Of a stretch of 64,000 bases of DNA, positions 40,041-53,322 are shown in pieces. The number at the start of each line of letters is the position of its first letter. Within the stretch, counting starts at the first letter, position 1. A program made the translations under genes and the position numbers. A model generated the notes under the pieces. The model searched no databases and was not told the DNA's origin. It worked only from the letters and a program-made list of their open reading frames with translations. Source of the stretch: a virus (taxonomy: Duplodnaviria > Caudoviricetes); the IMG/VR virus record IMGVR_UViG_3300032038_000043, positions 29,019 to 93,018 of that record; one strand, written 5' to 3'.

Positions 40041-41877
40041 ACAGCTTCCGAGCGTGACTTCTACTTCGGGACGGTCCAACAGAGCCCGTCCTTGTCCTTG
40101 ACCCACCTCTTTCGGGCGTAGACGTGATACTTCTTGACCGCGTCCTTCACCGGCATCATCCTGCGGGTGTCAGGCGACTCCTCGACGAAGTCCTCGGCGC
40201 TCCACAGCCCGCCGAAGCGGTATAGGCGCTGCCTGCCGTCAGGAAAGGTCATCTCAACGTACTTCATGGCTAGACCAGCCTGAATCGCTCGACGATTGGC
40301 TCGGTGATGGCTACGATTGAGCTTCCCTCGACCGACACGGTCACGTTGCCGTGGCCAGCCCTGAGCAGGGCCATCAGGCACTCGCTCGCCGCCCTGCGGA
40401 TGACGATTGGCTCGACCTTGCTCGGTTCCGCCCCGATGTGGCTCGCGAACTCGTCGATTGCGGCCGCCAGGATGAACGTGGCGACCAGCTCGCCGTCCTC
40501 GTCGGGCTCACTACCCTCGACGACCGCGCATGACTTCTCGCCGAAGTCCTTCGCCCACTTGTCAATCTCCTCGAACTGGTAGAACTCGTCCAATACTACC
40601 TCCTTCGCTGCGGTGGCCAATCGCCACCATGTTACCCGCCTTGGCGCACATCGTCAGTAGCTTTCGGGGCCGAAGTCCCTACCAAGGCGCACGACGTCAC
40701 GCGCTCTCGAGCGTGCCTTGTCCTCGTCCATTCCCTCTCGGACGAACCTCTGCTGAATCGCGTTGACAAGCGTCTCCTCGGCGACCTTGCAAAAAGGTCT
40801 CGTGACAGGCTTGCCGACGAACCTCCATGCAAGGACGGCCGCGTAGAACCCGACGACCGCAAGGCCTGCGTAGATTATCGTGAAGTCCCAAAGTCCCATC
40901 AGAGCCTCACCCATCCTTCCTCCATGACGATTCGCAGGGCGACGTCGTTGATGTCGCCGTCGCTCATCGGTATGTCTCTGTCTGGTCCCGAGCTGATGGA
41001 CACGGACTCGCCGGTGCCGACGTTCATCCACCTGAAGCCGTCCCGTATGTCCCTCGCCACATGTATCGACCTGAAGTACTCGAGAACCGTCTCGCACATC
41101 GGCTACTCCCTACGCTCGAAGCGGAGCATCTCGGTCTCGAGCTCGTCATCCGTGAGCGAGCGGAGCATCTCGAACGTCCAGACGCGCCCGTCCCTCCTGA
41201 AGGATGCCTCGAGCGTCAGCGTGTCGTAGTTGACGTTCCATACGCAGGGGACGAAGCTCGTCGAGCTTGTCAGCGACAAGATGTAGGAGTCCGTCCACAG
41301 CGTCACGTTGCCATGCTCCGCCGCCACGACGTCCAGGATGTTGAATCCCGTCTCGGTGCTCGCCGCCTCGTATCTCGTCACGAGCGGAGCGCCGATGGCC
41401 TCGATGAGCTGCTTCCGCACAGCCATGAGCGTCTCGTCGTATATCGTGGTGTACCTCGGGACGCCAGCCTGACGGCGCAGCGTGCCGAACCGACGCTCGA
41501 TTTCCGACATCTTCTGGAACTGCGGGGCACCAGTCATCGTCAGCCTCCTGTCGAGATTCACCTGATGCTCGAGCGGCAAGTGCTGGTAGTCCAGCAGGAT
41601 GACGTTGTCGAGGTAGCCCCTCATCTCGTCGTCCGGCGTGTTCCGAATGAACTTGGCGATGTGCATCCCGCATATCGTCGGGAATCCGTCGTACAGGCCG
41701 AACTGGCAGACCTTCGTCTCGCCCTTGTGTATGACCCTCGTGATGTTCTCGTATAACATGGTCGTTCCTAACCTTTCAAAGATAGGTGCCGAACTGGCTT
41801 GGTCGAGGAACCACAACACGAAGTCCGCGCACCACGGTGTCGCGTCGCCGTCGACGTGGTTTCCCGCTGGCATCGCC

Positions 41878-42180
41878 CTAGTCGAGGACGCGCCAGAAGT
41901 ATTCGAGCTCCTCGCCCTCGAGGTGCTCGTACCCATATGCCTGTGCCTCCTCCCACAGGTCGTTGTACAGACTGGCCATCTGCTCGTGCCCCTTCTGGTA
42001 GTGCTCCCACAGCTTGTGGTTGAGCACGGCGACGAGGTCGGTCAGGTAGAGGTAGTCGTCCTTCCACTCCCCGAACGCCCTTTTGTACGTGTCCTTGACT
42101 GCTGCCATGCCGAACGCGTCGGCGACGGTGAAGTCCATCCAGAACGTCGTGGTGAAGCCTTCCTTGCGGTCTTCAAGCAT
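41878..42180 (-). CDS. Conserved hypothetical phage protein
   Basis: TTFWMDFTVADAFG..AVKDTYKRAF.EWK...YLTDL..VLN.K.W pattern; GGAGGT RBS. Confidence 0.7.
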   Translation of the reverse strand: MLEDRKEGFTTTFWMDFTVADAFGMAAVKDTYKRAFGEWKDDYLYLTDLVAVLNHKLWEHYQKGHEQMASLYNDLWEEAQAYGYEHLEGEELEYFWRVLD

Positions 42181-44101
42181 GTCCTTACCTCCGAATCTCC
42201 GCTACCCATTCGGGCATGTAGTCGTACATCTCTTCCCTCACCCTGTCGAACATCTGCTCGACGATGGTCGCCGCCTCGTCTGGCGTGATGCTCAGCTCGG
42301 GGAACTCGTGCGCTATGGACAGGCAGTCGACGTACGCCGTGTAGATGGCCCACTCCTCGCTGTCCTCGATGGTGATTGACGGGCCGTCGTGATACTCGAG
42401 CATGCCTACTCCTCCTCTCCGAAGAAGTACGGATACTTCTCAACCAGTGACCTTGCGTAACCACCACGGTTTGCGTCGGCGGCTATGGCATCGAGCAGGA
42501 TGCCCTGAAGCTCGAACCAATCCTCCTGCCACACGGCGTCGTAGTGCTGCTGGATGAAGTCGACAATCTTGAAAGCAGTTACCTTGTTCACCTTGTCCTC
42601 CTAGTCGTTGTTGAGCACGTAGCGGTAGTACTCCCACTCATCGGTGAACTCCCGCTCGAACTCATGGAGCGTGTCCACGATGTCGTCGACAATCTCGTCG
42701 AAGTCCATCTCGGTCGCGTACTGCCAAGGCGTCACACCCTCAGCCGCTATCCCGCCGAAGTAGAAGCAGTAGTCACGGTCTCCGATACTGCACATGACGC
42801 AGCCATACGGGTCGGACACGAGCCTCACCTTCCCCGTGAGAAGGCCGCGCTTGATGTCCTTGCTGGTGATTGGCTTGATGGTGTCGTCCATGCCATCCTC
42901 CTAGACCACGTGGTTGAAGGGTTCGTTGAACTCGATTGCGTACCCGAGGAACTCGTCCCCGTCCATCGCCTTGACTGCCACCACGTCTCGGTATCCCTTC
43001 TTTCGCAGGCTGTCCATCACGTCTTCCAGCACCTTCTGGACAAGGTCGCGCTGGATTGACTCGTAGCTGACCCCATGGATGATGGACAGGTCGAGTGCCA
43101 GGTCCGCAAGGTCCTTGAACATCAGGACCCTGTGGAACGAGGTCATCTTGTCCACCTCGGCCAGCGCCTTCTTCACGTAGGCGGATGCCAGGTCGTCAAC
43201 CTTCATCAACGCGGCCATCGCCAGGCTCATTCCTTCGTACATGTTTTCCTCCTAATGCAACTCGCTAAGGAATCGCTCGTATTCACGGTAGCCGAGGTCC
43301 ATATACTCGACACCTGTCTCCTGTAGGAAGTCCTCCATGACCTTCTGATGCAAGTCGTACACGTCTGACGCCCCTTGTACGTCTCTACGAGGGACAACGA
43401 CACCGAACGGGTGGTCATCGCCAAACATCCTCACCTCGCATGCGACGGTGTGGTTTCCGAGGTACGTGGTCACGACGAACGCGTCCATGTAGCAGGCAAT
43501 GTCGCCGTCCTCGTAGTCAATCCTGTCAACGTAGACAATCTCCGTGTCCTGAAGCATCTCGTTACCCTCCTCTAGCTAGAAAGCCGTTCGATTTCATAAC
43601 GGAACACGCGCCCAGCCTTTCCGATGAAGTCGTAATGGAGCGCGTAGTCCACACCGCCGTCCTCATACCAAATGTCGCCTTCCTCCCAAGGCCCCATGCT
43701 TGAGTAGCCGATGGCTGGCTCGGCGGTCAGCTTGCATTTATGTCCGACAAACGCCTTCAGGACCTCCTGCACATCGTCGTCGGTGTCCATCCACATCACG
43801 TGGTCTGGAAGCTTCACGTTCGTGTACTTCATTTCGTTTCCTTTCCTCAAGCCGCCAGCAAAAAGGCCCGCTCCCACAAGCGGGCCGTCGTGCCGTGCTC
43901 ATGTCGTCTCCTACTTGTCCCAGAGGAACGTGACGAGGTTGTTGCCCTCGTTGTCGTGGTCATCTTCGTATCGCTCAATCACGCCAGCCAAGGGCATCGG
44001 CTCTCCCATCCGCACATCCATCGGGTAGTCGAGGTAGAGAAGCGCCTCGGTGTCCAGCATGTCCTCGTGCCTGTGCAGCTCCGCTATGAACTCCCGCCAA
44101 G

Positions 44102-47100
44102 TCATGACGTGCAGTCCTCAGCCGAGTAGATTCGCCACTCGACCCCGCTTCCGTCCGGGGTGTCGTACGCCCCCCAGTCGGTGATGAAGCAATAGCCATC
44201 CTCAATCTCGAGTCCTTCGCGCTTGACGTACGCATTGAAGTCGTCAGTCATGCACCGCTGCGCGTCCTCAGGGGAGGAGAACACCATCGCGTAGACCTTG
44301 AGCTCCATGAATGTCTTGAGCAGTACGTACAACATCTTTCATCCTTACCAGTTGATTTGCTTGGGGTTGTCACTGTCGAACACGTACCAGAAGATGGCTC
44401 TCGGGAACTCCGTAGCGCCCCTTACGACCGCGCAATCGTCCTCGACCTCGCACCACTCCTCGTCATACAGCTCGTCAGACCCAAGCTCGTCATGGTAGAG
44501 CTCGTACATGAGCCTATGCGCTTCCTCAAACGTGTTGTAGGTGCCGCAGAGCTGGGCAGAGCGCTCGCCGTTTACATACTCGACCGTCTCGAACACTATG
44601 AACATGTCGTCCTCCTTACCACTCGAACGTCTGGCCGGGGTCCTCGGTATCGAAGATGAAGTAGCTCTCGTGGTAGCTCCCGTCGAACAGGCCACCATCG
44701 GCAAGACCCCCAGTCTCGTCGTCGACCAGCATCCGTATGGAGCTTGGGTCTCTCCCGTACTCCATCGCCCAGTCATCACGATGGCGCTCCATGCGCTCGA
44801 CCATCTCCGTGTGCGCCTCGTCACGGGTCTCGAACACGTCGCAGAACGTCGCGTACATGGCGCAGTCATCGATGGAGTTCATAATCAGCACGTACATCTA
44901 GTCCTCCTGTCGATAGTCGTAGAACCATTCCACCTTGCCGTCGTTGATGCTGCATCGGAACGTCTCGCCGAGCAGCTCGAGGTTGCTCGGGATTACCCTC
45001 ATCAGCATCTCTGGGTCAGCGCCCTCCTCGATGCGGATTTGCAGCTCGCTCGTTGGGTAGGCCCACTCGGTGATGCGTGCCTCCTCGACGAACGGGAACA
45101 TCGAGGCGTAGGCTTGGAACCCCCTGCCCATGAGCCTCACGACACCCTTCGAGAGCTCCCGCCTGTAATGCGAGGCGACGCCGCTCATTGTGTTCAGCAC
45201 GGGGTGGTATGCCATCGGCATGAAGTCGTCGCACTCGCCACAGTAGGCGAGGAAGGGGTGCGTCCTCACGAAGTCGGCGAGCGCCACCATCTTGCGCATG
45301 GCCCACGGCTCGTTGACCCATCTTGTCTTGTAGTTGCCATCCATGATGTCCACTAGGTCGTCCATGTTCAGATTGACGCAGCAGGCGGACGCCGACGGCT
45401 TGAACTTGTCTATCTGTGTCTTGTGCTGGCAGAACAGGCTGAGCACGGTGATGCCGTCGTCCTTGACGAACTCGCCTTTTGCCCAGATTCCCCAGAGCCA
45501 GCCCGGCGTCTGTGGCATGGTGAAGTGCGTGACGCTGTGCGGGCAGCCAGTGAAGATGAAGTACGTGTCGCCGTCGTAGGTCACCTTCGGGCCGTAGCCG
45601 TGCGCCCTCAGCGAGTCGAGCACGAACTTGACCAGCCCCTCGTTGACGTCGCCGACGATGCCTTCGTACACCTCCATCTGCCCGTCGTCCATCATCTCGT
45701 ACAGTTCGCTTTTGAATGACATGCCGTCCTCCTTACAGGTGCTCGGTGCTGTCCCATGTGTGCGGGTAGCTCTGGTCGAAGACCACCCACACGGTCAGCC
45801 TGTCTTTGTGGGTCGCGTATGCCGAGCGACCAACGACGCGACGCCTGTATGACCCGGGGCTATTCCTCAGGTTCTGGCTGTCAATCCACAGGTCTACATC
45901 GTCCTTCATGGACTTAATTGCCGTGTCCAGACCCCTGCAAAGCTCGAGCATGTCGAGCTTGAAGCTGCCGTTCTTGAGCCTGTCGTACCTAATCAGTACG
46001 TACATCTAGACCTCCTTCGTCTCCAAGATTGTCCAATGGGATTTGCAGTCCTCAACCCACGCATCTCGCTCCATCAGGCAGCCCACGAACACACCCTCCT
46101 CGTCACGAACGACGCCAAGCTCGTCAGGCGGCATGGTGGCGTATCCGTCGGACGAGCCGACCTCGTTGAAGCGCCTCGCCATCTCCGCATACGCCTCCTC
46201 GTACGTCCTGAACGCATGGGCCGTGTTCCTACTGTCGAGAAGCTTGTTCGCGCTGTGAATCAATACGTACATCTATTCCTCCCCGACGTTCTGCTTGCAG
46301 TGGCCTTCTATGATGAACGTGAGCTGGTTGATGATGTGGTTTATGTCTTGTATATCTTCGTTGTAGCCCTTGACGCTGGGGTCTTGGTATATCTCCCGTC
46401 GTGCAAACTCAAGGTTGTCGATTGCCGCCACCAGCCTGCTTACGTACTCACTGCGAATCATCTAGTCCTCCGCATCCTTCTCGACCTCACGCACCGTCGT
46501 CCCGACTGGGTAGTACGTGCATGTCTCCTCGCAGTACCACCTGTCGGTGAGGGTGAAGCCCTCCTCGTCAAGCGGCGCGTCGCTGAGGTTGACCGTGCCA
46601 ATCTCTTCGGGCGTCATCTCGTTGACAATCTCCTCCGCCTTCATGTCGATGTAGTCGTCGATGGCATGCATGAATGCCTCCCACGCATCATCGAAGTACG
46701 TGGTGCTGACGAACCATCTGCCGAAGTCCGTGTAGAGCTTGTCCTTAGGCTCGCCGGCCCTGTCGATGATTTCCTGAGTCACCCTCTCGTAGTCACTGTC
46801 GGGCAGCCCCTCGAGAATCGAGTGACCCTCCATGTAGTCCCTGAAGTCGCTCTCTTGTACGCAAAGCTCGTAGATTGCCATTCCGCTCTCCTTACCAAGA
46901 CAGCAGGCTGCTCCATTCAAGCGGCCTGTCGGCGTCGAAGATAATCCACTGCCAGAAGCACTGGTGCAGGAAGATGTGCGCTCCCATGAAGTAGCGATGG
47001 ACGTCGCAGGTGTCGCTCATGGCGTCGCGCTTGGTTATGCGCCACTCCATGCCGCCAACGTCCTTCTCCATCGACTCACGTGCCTCGTCAACCGTCTCGT

Positions 47101-47167
47101 ACAGCCCGAGCAGCCTCACGCTGAACTCAGGCTCGGTCGTGCCGTCAATCCTAATCAGTACGTACAT
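44102..47167 (-). repeat. Six-member paralogous small-protein family (MYVLI...EEA...M...W.(I/V)FD...P)
   Basis: Members: 44102-44335, 44345-44605, 44616-44897, 45733-46005, 46006-46272, 46892-47167. Confidence 0.75.
44898..45722 (-). CDS. Hypothetical protein
   Basis: 274-aa ORF with AGGAGG RBS and phage-typical codon usage. Confidence 0.7.
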   Translation of the reverse strand: MSFKSELYEMMDDGQMEVYEGIVGDVNEGLVKFVLDSLRAHGYGPKVTYDGDTYFIFTGCPHSVTHFTMPQTPGWLWGIWAKGEFVKDDGITVLSLFCQHKTQIDKFKPSASACCVNLNMDDLVDIMDGNYKTRWVNEPWAMRKMVALADFVRTHPFLAYCGECDDFMPMAYHPVLNTMSGVASHYRRELSKGVVRLMGRGFQAYASMFPFVEEARITEWAYPTSELQIRIEEGADPEMLMRVIPSNLELLGETFRCSINDGKVEWFYDYRQED

Positions 47168-50100
47168 ATTCCATCCTCCCGTAGCTGCACTCCTCGTTGT
47201 GCCAGTACTGGAAGTGGTGGCCGAACAGCCATTCGTGGCTCGCAATCACGAGTCCTGGGTCCATGCCATCGAGCTCGTTGACCTCCACCGCCACATGGTC
47301 GAAGTGGTGGTCGTTCCTGTTGTCACGCAGCGCCTCGAGCGCCATCTCCTGAGTGAAGCCGTCGATGTACTCGATGGCCTCGTCACGGTCATCGAAGAAG
47401 CACTCGAACGGGTGGTAGCCGCCACCCATCAGGCAGTACTCACCGTCCATGCAGACGTCGTTGCCGTCCTCGTCCTGCTCGAGGTTGAACAGCACCACGT
47501 CGATGCGCCACAGCTGCCTGTGAAGCGCCTCGGCCTCGTCATAGTCCGTGTACCTCATCGCTTGCCCTCCTGCGCCCTCGTGATGAACTCCTCAAGCCGC
47601 CATGCGAGGTCTTGGAGCTCGTCGTCAACGTCCCACCACTCCTGCCGTTCCTCATCTGCGTACTCCTTGTGCGCCCAGCAGATGGTCTCGTACATCTCCC
47701 TGGCCGTCTTGCCGTCGATTGTCACGGGCTTGAACTCGTCCATGTCGTCCTCCTTAGTTTGAGCCGTCGGGGTTCTTAGCCTCGCCCATGAGGTAGGCGA
47801 CGCTAATGCCCGTCTTCTCCTCTATGTCGTGCCAGATTTCCAAGCGGCTGTCGCCGATGAAGTACCACCCGAGGATTGGGTTCTCCCAGTCACGGTCGAT
47901 AGCGTCGCCGTCCTCCTTGACAGGCACCCATCCAAGCTCCTTCCAGATATGTTTGGCTACCGTCAACGCGTCGCCGCTGAACGACTCAGCCCAGCCACAT
48001 GCCGGGCACCATCCGAGACACTGCTCGTGACGTGCCATGCAGAACTCAGTGTCGTCCATGCACCTGCAGTCGCCGCACCTCTCGATTTTGAAGAACTTCA
48101 TGCCTTCCTCCTATCGCTGGATGTACACGTCGGTGTACTTGCCGTCCTTGTCTCTGAGCCGCTCAAGGTCGCACTGGTCGCACAGGTAGGCGAGGAGCGA
48201 GTCGTAGCCACGGTGCTTGGCTATCGCACGCTCCATGAGGTCGAGGATGTCGGGAAGCTCTTGGAACGCCTCGTACATGCCGCCGTGCTGGCACTGGTAG
48301 ATGTCTGTGGCGAGCGACGAGAGCTCGTCACCAGCCGCGTTTGAGTCCATACAGAAGATTGCGTCGAGGATTGTGTAGACATCATCCTCGTCAATCCTCT
48401 CAGGGTCGTCAGAGTAGGCGAGCCTGCTCATCTCCTCGGCCATTCGGTGAAACATGCTGCGCTTGTAGCCCATGCTTACTCCTCGCCAATGAGCAGCTCG
48501 TCAGTGTCCCACTCGGGGTCACACTCACGAACGACCTCGACCTCGACGTTGTCCCGAATCCAGTCGGTCTTGGCTGGGTCGTCCCAGTCCTCCAAGAGGT
48601 CGTACCAGACGCCGTCCTTGTCCAGCAGCTTCTCCGCCTTCTCCTTGGCTTCCTCGGGACTGTCAGCCTCGACCACCCGCTGCTGATAGAGGCTCATGAT
48701 GAAGTCGATGTAATAGCGTGCCATGCTTACTCCTTTGTGTAGTCATATGCGAGGTCGTCAAGAACCTCCCAGCCAAGCTCGATGCTTCGGTCGGTGAGCG
48801 CCTTGCGTGCAAACCGCATGAAGTCGCTCACCCTCTCGTCAGTCGGCTCGACGTGGTGCTTCACCAGGACTTCCTCGAAGTCCTGCGGCATCCATGCGAT
48901 TCCAATCGCGTCGCTGCGACGAAGCAGTGCGCTGATGAGCATCGACGTGTCGTACTTCTCGAGCTCTTCCATGTCGTTACTCCCTAGTCCGTGTATACGT
49001 CGATGTAGCCACCGTGCACCGAGTGTCCGAAGCAGAGGTTTCCGCCGTCACAGAAGAGGGCGATGTGCCTCATTGACAGCTCTATCGGGTTGTCAACAAC
49101 CCGATACTTGGTGTGGGCGTAACCGTGTGAGCTGAGCGTCACCACGACGTGCTCGCCATCGGGCTCGTCTCCGAAGACGCACACCTCTTTGAGCCTTAGG
49201 TAGGTGGCTCGGTTCTCTTTTGCCTTGCGATGCTCGTCCTCGGTGAATGCCCAAGGGCTGTGTACTGGGAGCTTGTTGTAGTCTTCCATGTCGTTACTCC
49301 CTTACCACTCGATGTGATACCTGTATGAAGACCCTCCGCCTGACGAGACACGCTTGTGAACCGCACAGAAGCCACGGTCGCGCAGCTCGTCGACCACCCT
49401 TTCGATGCGTTCATCGTTGCCTTTTCTCACGGTCGTCCAGCTACCATCGGGATTCGGTGCGTCGACATCAACTTCGCGCACACCGTTTCCAGATGCCTTG
49501 TACACTGCCCTCAGGCAGTCTCGCAGGTCTATCTCCACAACGTTCTCTATCCAAGGCTGCTCCGAGTAATGCCTTGCCCTGTCTGCTGTGATGGTGAACA
49601 TGGCCTCGTCTCCCTACCAGTCGATGTGGAGCCCGCCGTTGGCGACGCTTACCTCGAACCCGAGGTCACGGAGTCGCCCAGCCTTCTCGTCCGCACACTC
49701 GAAATGCTTGACGTATAGGTGACGCTCCCCGTTGACTGCCGCGCTGCGGATTGAGCGGCACGTGTTGTTGACCCAGACGTCAATGTAGGTATCGTTCTTG
49801 TGCTCCTTCGAGCGCTGCCGTGCTTCCTTCGCCGTGATTTCCTTCATGTCGCTTACTCCTCATACGATTCGCTGTGGTGGTAGCGATACACGTCCACGTG
49901 CTTGAACCCGCAGTCGTTGCACGTGACCGTCTGCCACGCAATCTGACCTTCGTCGTCCATGCCAATCTCAACGAAGCCGCCTTCGACCGAATCGCTGCCG
50001 CACTTAGGGCACGTCGGCTTGTCGTAGAAGATGATTTTCATGTCGTCACTCCCCATAAACGCAGTAGTAGGCTCCACAGGGCGTATCCTCGTCGACCTCG

Positions 50101-51356
50101 CTGTAGCTCAGCTCCGTTCGGCCACGGAGGATGTCGTGTGGGTCCATGTGGTCATAGAGAGGCTCGCCGAGAGACGTGACGCCCTCCTCGACCGTGATGT
50201 AGTGCTCGCACATCCCAAAGGCGAGGTCGAGCCTGTACTTGCTCAGCTCCGACACGGGAAAGGCCCTGTCTCCATCGGGGCATCTCCCAGTGTTCACGAG
50301 CGCCTCGTCGCGCCACGTGCATTGGTCGTAGTTCTCCGTGTCATACCAGATGAACCCCTCGTACACGAACGTCTTGACGCCGTCTCGCATCTCGATGGTG
50401 TAGTAGTCGTAGTCAACCGCCGTATCCAGCTCAATCATGTCGTCCACCTAATCGATACGCTCCTCGCCATCGCCCAACCAGATGCCGTTCAGCCCGTCAC
50501 CTATCCACTCGCAGGTGGCCACGATGTTGATTTCGTACACCTGATTGACGTCTGGCATCACAGGGTCTTCGAGCACGATGATGTCGAGTGCGTTGCACCT
50601 TGACTCACGCTCCCATTCGAGCGCCTGCTCCTTCGTGATGGCGAACAGGTACTCGACGGCTTCCTTCTCGGTGTCGAAGTGAATGTCGCAGACGAACTCG
50701 TGCTCGTCTGACCACTCGCCGTCGATGAAGTCGCATCCCATCACCTCGACCGTGTATACATAGGTGACGTCCATCATCCCTACCTCCTTAGAAAGCGTCC
50801 GACTATCTTAGTGACCTCGACGAACACGAATGCCAACACGACTGGCAGTTTGAAGAGCATCGTCAGCATCACCAAGCCACCAATCGCACGACCGTCTTGC
50901 CCGTCAGCTCCTCGACCATCTCCTTCAGGTGCTCGGTGGTGAACCCGCACCTGTCCTTGGAGTGGTCGAGCAGGTCGTGCCACTTGTCGTCAATCCATGC
51001 GGAGTTGAACGTGCCCATCTCCCAGTCGTAGGTGATGGGCACGTAGTCGTCAGGCCCGAAGTAGGCCCTGTATGAGCTGTGCTGTAGCTTCAACTAGAAC
51101 CCCCTCTCCATGAGGACGTGTGCGTTCCAAGCGAACTGCGCCGCAACGTACAGGTCACGGTAGGTCGGCGCTTCGAGCGTCAACCTGGTGTCCCCTGCGA
51201 TTTCGTCGTAGATGAGCAGACGCTTGGTCACACCGTCACTTGTCACGCAAGCCTTGTACCGCTCAGGGTCAACAAGCTTGCCGACGATGCGGTTGCCGAC
51301 CAGCTCGGCTTCCTGCTTGAAGTCCATCGTTACCACCTCGCATTCCACTAGACGCG

Positions 51357-52635
51357 CTAGAAGGAGATGTAGTCGTCCTTGCAGTCGTACACCGACGACG
51401 TCTTCGAGGGTCGATACACGACGTACCGTCTCGGGTACGAGTAGAGCTTGAAGATGCACCCGTACATCTCGAGCCTGGCGTTGAGCCTCTTGAAGACCCT
51501 GCCGTACTGACGCCGCTTGCGCTCGGCCATCGGGGAGTCGCTGCCCCCGTTGAGCCCGTTCCTGTTGACGAACGTGCGGTACGACTCCGAGATGTAGCGG
51601 CATCGCTCGAGCAGCTCGAACGCGACGCGCACGTCACCGACAGTGGGTGACGGCGTGGCCTCCTTGGCGAGGTCGTACGCCCCCTTGTACCTGCGGAACT
51701 CGGCGTGTGAGGACCTGCTGTCGCCGTAGGCTATAAGCCAGTCCCACCAGTCGTACTCCGTGGCAGGCGCGTCCTCTGGGGCGGTGAGAACCCTGATGAT
51801 GGTTTCGTACATGTCGTTCTCCCTTTCTAGAAGAAGTAGAGGAACCCGGTGCCGCTGACGCCCGTCCCGTCAGCCTTGGCGAACACGTCGTAGCAGCACC
51901 AAGGACGGTAGAGCTCGCAGCCGTACTCGTCGAGCTCGGACTGGAGCCGCTCATGACGTCTCTCCAGCAGCTCCTGCCTGTGCTTGCGGTACGGGCTGTC
52001 CCAGTTGGACTCCGTCTCCGTCTCGTCCATCCGCATGTCGGCGAGGGCGTAGCGGACGCAGCGACCGAGCAGCCTGTACGCCTTGTGGACGTCGTTGGTT
52101 GTCGGCCTGTCGTCCTTGCGTGCCGCCATGTCGTATGCGGCCTGCCGCCTGTTGAGCCTGACCATCGAGCGCCGTGAGCGGCCGTGGGCGCTGACCCAGT
52201 CCTCGAGGGTTGGGCGAATCGCGTAGTCATCCATGTCGTTACCTCCTAGACGAGGACCTCGACGGGATGGTTGCCCATGCCGTCCCTCAGCCCGATGTAG
52301 AACTCGTCGTACGTGATGTGCAGGCCATAGCGTGCGAGCTCGGTGTCGAGCTTGGCGGCACGCCCCTTGATGAGGACGCCGTCCACCTCGTACGCCTTGC
52401 GCCCAATCCCAGTGCGGATGCCGTTGCATCGCTGCGTCTCGTGGGCGCAGTAGAGCCTTGACAGCGCCGCGAGTCGCCTGTAGAGCGACTTCGCAGCCGC
52501 CATGTCGTCCTCGGTGGGACGTGGGTTGGCGAGCGACGCGAGCCGCCACACGTTGCATGCCCTCTCGTACACCCTCTTGTTGGCGGCGTTCTTCGGGAGC
52601 CACCACGGCCACTCGGGCCTCTTCATCTCGTCCAT
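51357..52635 (-). repeat. Three tandem paralogues (51357-51812, 51827-52234, 52246-52635)
   Basis: Shared N-terminal W-rich patch, PT..D...A..L..R, and C-terminal (R/K)L...L..YG. Confidence 0.6.
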
Positions 52636-53322
52636 GCTTCCTCCTAGTAGATGCTCTCAACGTACTCGTCAGAGATGGTGATGCCGTTCTCTACGAGCCA
52701 CTTCGCAAGGAACGTCTCGAACAGCTCGTCGTACATCGCACATGCCGTCTGGAAGCGCTTCTTGCTCTGGCGCTCGCAGGGAAGGATGCACGCCTTGACG
52801 CCGTGGCCGTTGGCACCGATGGTGAACTCCTTGCTGGAGTAGCCGCCATGGTCGACGTACTTGTACGGGCTCACGCTGAAGTAGTAGCCGCGACGCTCGG
52901 GCTTGCCAAAGAAGTAGTTCATCCCTCCCAGCTCGTAGCGAATCTCGACGTCCAGCTTGTTGATGCCGACGCCCTGTGCGTCGTAGGTGCGCTTCATGGT
53001 GTTGAGCATGTCTTACCTCCTAGATGTGGGACTCCGTGTAGATTGCGATGGCGTCCTGACGGGAGCGGGCCATCACGCTCTCCATCCCGTCCTTGTATCG
53101 GTACTCGAAGTAGTAGATGGAGTCCGAGAAGCACTCGGAAGCGCCTTTGTACTCGTAGCCCATGTCCTCGAAGAGCTCCCGCTCATCGCAGGGCTCGTGG
53201 TTGGGCGTCACGACCGTGACGTACCTCGTCACGCAGCGCTCCCCGTCGCACAGGTACTCGTTCATGTCCTCTCCTTCCAAGATGGGTGCGGGGCGTCACG
53301 ACGACGCCCCGCCTGTTCATGA

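Noticed and set aside
6627-41858. Diversity-generating retroelement (lysin segment vs its distant copy)
   Set aside because: Mismatches are not restricted to adenines, and no reverse transcriptase is visible in the window.
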